Shown in pieces: positions 23,501-26,805 of a stretch of DNA of 26,805 nt. Made by a program: the position numbers and the translations under genes. The notes beneath the pieces are model-generated. The model saw only the letters and a list, made by a program, of their open reading frames with translations, did not search any database and was not told the origin of the DNA. This DNA comes from Utricularia gibba. Taxonomy: Eukaryota > Plantae > Magnoliophyta. The stretch's first letter is position 1; each line of letters opens with the position of its first letter. Location of the stretch: positions 1 through 26,805 of the forward strand of contig NEEC01000317.1 in NCBI GenBank assembly GCA_002189035.1. Reading direction: 5' to 3'.

Positions 23501-26500
23501 AATGCGACTGAGGACACCGCAATCGACGCGAATGTCATTTCATGCATGCAAAACAAATGCATTTCATTGGACGATGTTAAATTTCGGATTTCGAGGCGAT
23601 CCGTTACAGTGCCTCAGGTGGGTCCAACCCACACCTCATGATGGCCTCGTGCACTGCTTGGTATCTCTCGTCGATATCTTGCAAACCGTAGTGAGTCACG
23701 CTTTGCTTGATATAGCGTTACGAAGCTCGCTCCGAGCCGGTCGAATTTCGTGTTCAAAGTTTCTCCATCCGACGAACCGTTACAGCTCGTATTTTTGCCT
23801 GATAATAGCCCACACTGTGCCACAAAGTGGCCACCACGTACGCGACAATGCGACTGAGGACACCGCAATCGACGCGAATGTCATTTCATGCATGCAAAAC
23901 AAATGCATTTCATTCGACGATGTTAAATTTCGGATTTCGAGGCGATCCGTTACAGTGCCTCAGGTGCGGTCCAACCCACACCTCATGATGGCCTCGTGCA
24001 CTGTTGGTATCTCGTCGATATCTTGCAAACCGTAGTGAGTCACGCTTTGCTTGATATAGCGTTCGAAGCTCGCTCCGAGCCGGTCGAATTTCGTGTTCAA
24101 AGTTTCTCCATCCGACGAACCGTTACAGCTCGTATTTTTGCCTGATAATAGCCCACACTTGTGCCACAAAGTGGCCACCACGTACGCGACAATGCGACTG
24201 AGGACACCGCAATCGACGCGAATGTCATTTCATGCATGCAAAACAAATGCATTTCATTCGACGATGTTAAATTTCGGATTTCGAGGCGATCCGTTACAGT
24301 GCCTCAGGTGCGGTCCAACCCACACCTCATGATGGCCTCGTGCACTGCTTGGTATCTCGTCGATATCTTGCAAACCGTAGTGAGTCACGCTTTGCTTGAT
24401 ATAGCGTTCGAAGCTCGCTCCGAGCCGGTCGAATTTCGTGTTCAAAGTTTCTCATCCGACGAACCGTTACAGCTCGTATTTTTGCCTGATAATAGCCCAC
24501 ACTTGTGCCACAAAGTGGCCACCACGTACGCGACAATGCGACTGAGGACACCGCAATCGACGCGAATGTCATTTCATGCATGCAAAAACAAATGCATTTC
24601 ATTCGACGATGTTAAATTTCGGATTTCGAGGCGATCCGTTACAGTGCCTCAGGTGCGGTCCAACCCACACCTCATGATGGCCTCGTGCACTGCTTGGTAT
24701 CTCGTCGATATCTTGCAAACCGTAGTGAGTCACGCTTTGCTTGATATAGCGTTCGAAGCTCGCTCCGAGCCGGTCGTTTGTGTTCAAAGTTTCTCCATCC
24801 GACGAACCGTTACAGCTCGTATTTTTGCCTGATAATAGCCCACACTTGTGCCACAAAGTGGCCACCACGTACGCGACAATGCGACTGAGGACACCACAAT
24901 CGACGCGAATGTCATTTCATGCATGCAAAACAAATGCATTTCATTCGACGATGTTAAATTTCGGATTTCGAGGCGATCCGTTACAGTGCCTCAGGTGCGG
25001 TCCAACCCACACCTCATGATGGCCTCGTGCACTTTTGGTATCTCGTCGATATCTTGCAAACCGTAGTGAGTCACGCTTTGCTTGATATAGCGTTACGAAG
25101 CTCGCTCCGAGCCGGTCGAATTTCGTGTTCAAAGTTTCTCCATCCGACGAACCGTTACAGCTCGTATTTTTGCCTGATAATAGCCCACACTTGTGCCACA
25201 AAGTGGCCACCACGTACGCGACAATGCGACTGAGGACACCGCAATCGACGCGAATGTCATTTCATGCATGCAAAACAAATGCATTTCATTCGACGATGTT
25301 AAATTTCGGATTTCGAGGCGATCCGTTACAGTGCCTCAGGTTCGGTCCAACCCACACCTCATGATGGCCTCGTGCACTGCTTGGTATCTCGTCGATATCT
25401 TGCAAACCGTAGTGAGTCACGCTTTGCTTGATATAGCGTTACGAAGCTCGCTCCGAGCCGGTCGAATTTCGTGTTCAAAGTTTCTCCATCCGACGAACCG
25501 TTACAGCTCGTATTTTTGCCTGATAATAGCCCACACTTGTGCCACAAAGTGGCCACCACGTACGCGACAATGCGACTGAGGACACCGCAATCGACGCGAA
25601 TGTCATTTCATGCATGCAAAACAAATGCATTTCATTGGACGATGTTAAATTTCGGATTTCGAGGCGATCCGTTACAGTGCCTCAGGTGCGGTCCAACCCA
25701 CACCTCATGATGGCCTCGTGCACTGTTTGGTATCTCGTCGATATCTTGCAAACCGTAGTGAGTCACGCTTTGCTTGATATAGCGTTCGAAGCTCGCTCCG
25801 AGCCGGTCGAATTTCGTGTTCAAAGTTTCTCCATCCGACGAACCGTTACAGCTCGTATTTTTGCCTGATAATAGCCCACACTTGTGCCACAAAGTGGCCA
25901 CCACGTACGCGACAATGCGACTGAGGACACCGCAATCGACGCGAATGTCATTTCATGCATGCAAAACAAATGCATTTCATTCGACGATGTTAAATTTCGG
26001 ATTTCGAGGCGATCCGTTACAGTGCCTCAGTCCAACCCACACCTCATGATGGCCTCGTGCACTGCTTGGTATCTCGTCGATATCTTGCAAACCGTAGTGA
26101 GTCACGCTTTGCTTGATATAGCGTTACGAAGCTCGCTCCGAGCCGGTCGAATTTCGTGTTCAAAGTTTCTCCATCCGACGAACCGTTACAGCTCGTATTT
26201 TTGCCTGATAATAGCCCACACTTGTGCCACAAAGTGGCCACCACGTACGCGACAATGCGACTGAGGACACCGCAATCGACGCGAATGTCATTTCATGCAT
26301 GCAAAACAATGCATTTCATTCGACGATGTTAAATTTCGGATTTCGAGGCGATCCGTTACAGTGCCTCAGGTGGTCCAACCCACACCTCATGATGCCTCGT
26401 GCACTGCTTGGTATCTCGTCGATATCTTGCAAACCGTAGTGAGTCACGCTTTGCTTGATATAGCGTTACGAAGCTCGCTCCGAGCCCGAATTCGGTTTTC

Positions 26501-26805
26501 TGTTACAGCTCGTATTTTTGCCTGATAATAGCCCACACTTGTGCCACAAAGTGGCCACCACGTACGCGACAATGCGACTGAGGACACGCAATCGACGCGA
26601 ATGTCATTTCATGCATGCAAAACAAATGCATTTCATTCGACGATGTTAAATTTCGGATTTCGAGGCGATCCGTTACAGTGCCTCAGGTGCGTCCAACCCA
26701 CACCTCATGATGGCCTCGTGCACTGCTTGGTATCTCGTCGATATCTTGCAAACCGTAGTGAGTCACGCTTTGCTTGATATAGCGTTACGAAGCTCGCTCC
26801 GAGCC

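Larger units (their letters stand above)
1..26805. repeat. Tandem array of a 346-bp monomer (78 complete copies + 58-bp partial); satellite-like or concatemer
   Basis: The same sequence (GCAAACCGTAGTGAGTCACG...CTCGTCGATATCTT) recurs head-to-tail across the whole window. ORF starts recur at exact 346-bp steps (14175, 14521, 14867, 15213, 15559). I counted units by the GTGTTCAAAG landmark; the last partial unit is 26748-26805. All copies have the same orientation. Confidence 0.99.

Noticed and set aside
70-26777. The many listed ORFs (MFKVSP..., MPQSGH..., MVATLW... and fusions up to 301 aa) as genes
   Set aside because: They are the same few frames of one monomer, mostly with GTG/TTG starts, no recognisable domain or RBS, and the long versions arise only where indels join frames.
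1-26805. CRISPR array
   Set aside because: There are no unique spacers; the whole 346-bp unit repeats, and no cas genes are present.

Overview
The entire 26,805-bp window is one head-to-tail tandem array of a 346-bp monomer: 78 complete copies plus a 58-bp partial copy, with no flank, insertion or inversion. A clean consensus copy lies at 14106-14451 (A83 C95 G77 T91, 49.7% GC, 31 CpG, hand-counted CpG O/E about 1.5). I find no credible protein-coding gene, rRNA, tRNA, CRISPR array or transposon; every listed ORF is one of a few reading frames of the same monomer, rejoined by indels. Deviations from consensus are mostly small deletions (net 241 bp lost) plus a few garbled patches, which looks like a single uncorrected nanopore-type read of a near-identical array. 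The two main readings are a very homogeneous eukaryotic satellite (centromeric or telomeric) and a rolling-circle concatemer of a 346-nt circle. I cannot name the family or organism. The most interesting hidden structure: (i) the monomer looks like a diverged dimer of 171+175 bp; (ii) a recurrent TTACGAA>TTCGAA variant is spaced 2,4,2,4,2,4,2 monomers apart at 17.9-24.8 kb, suggesting an incipient 6-mer higher-order repeat; (iii) errors concentrate at a few sites and almost vanish at 12.4-16.4 kb, possibly a base-modification footprint; (iv) the monomer is palindrome-rich, with two hairpin arms about half a unit apart.
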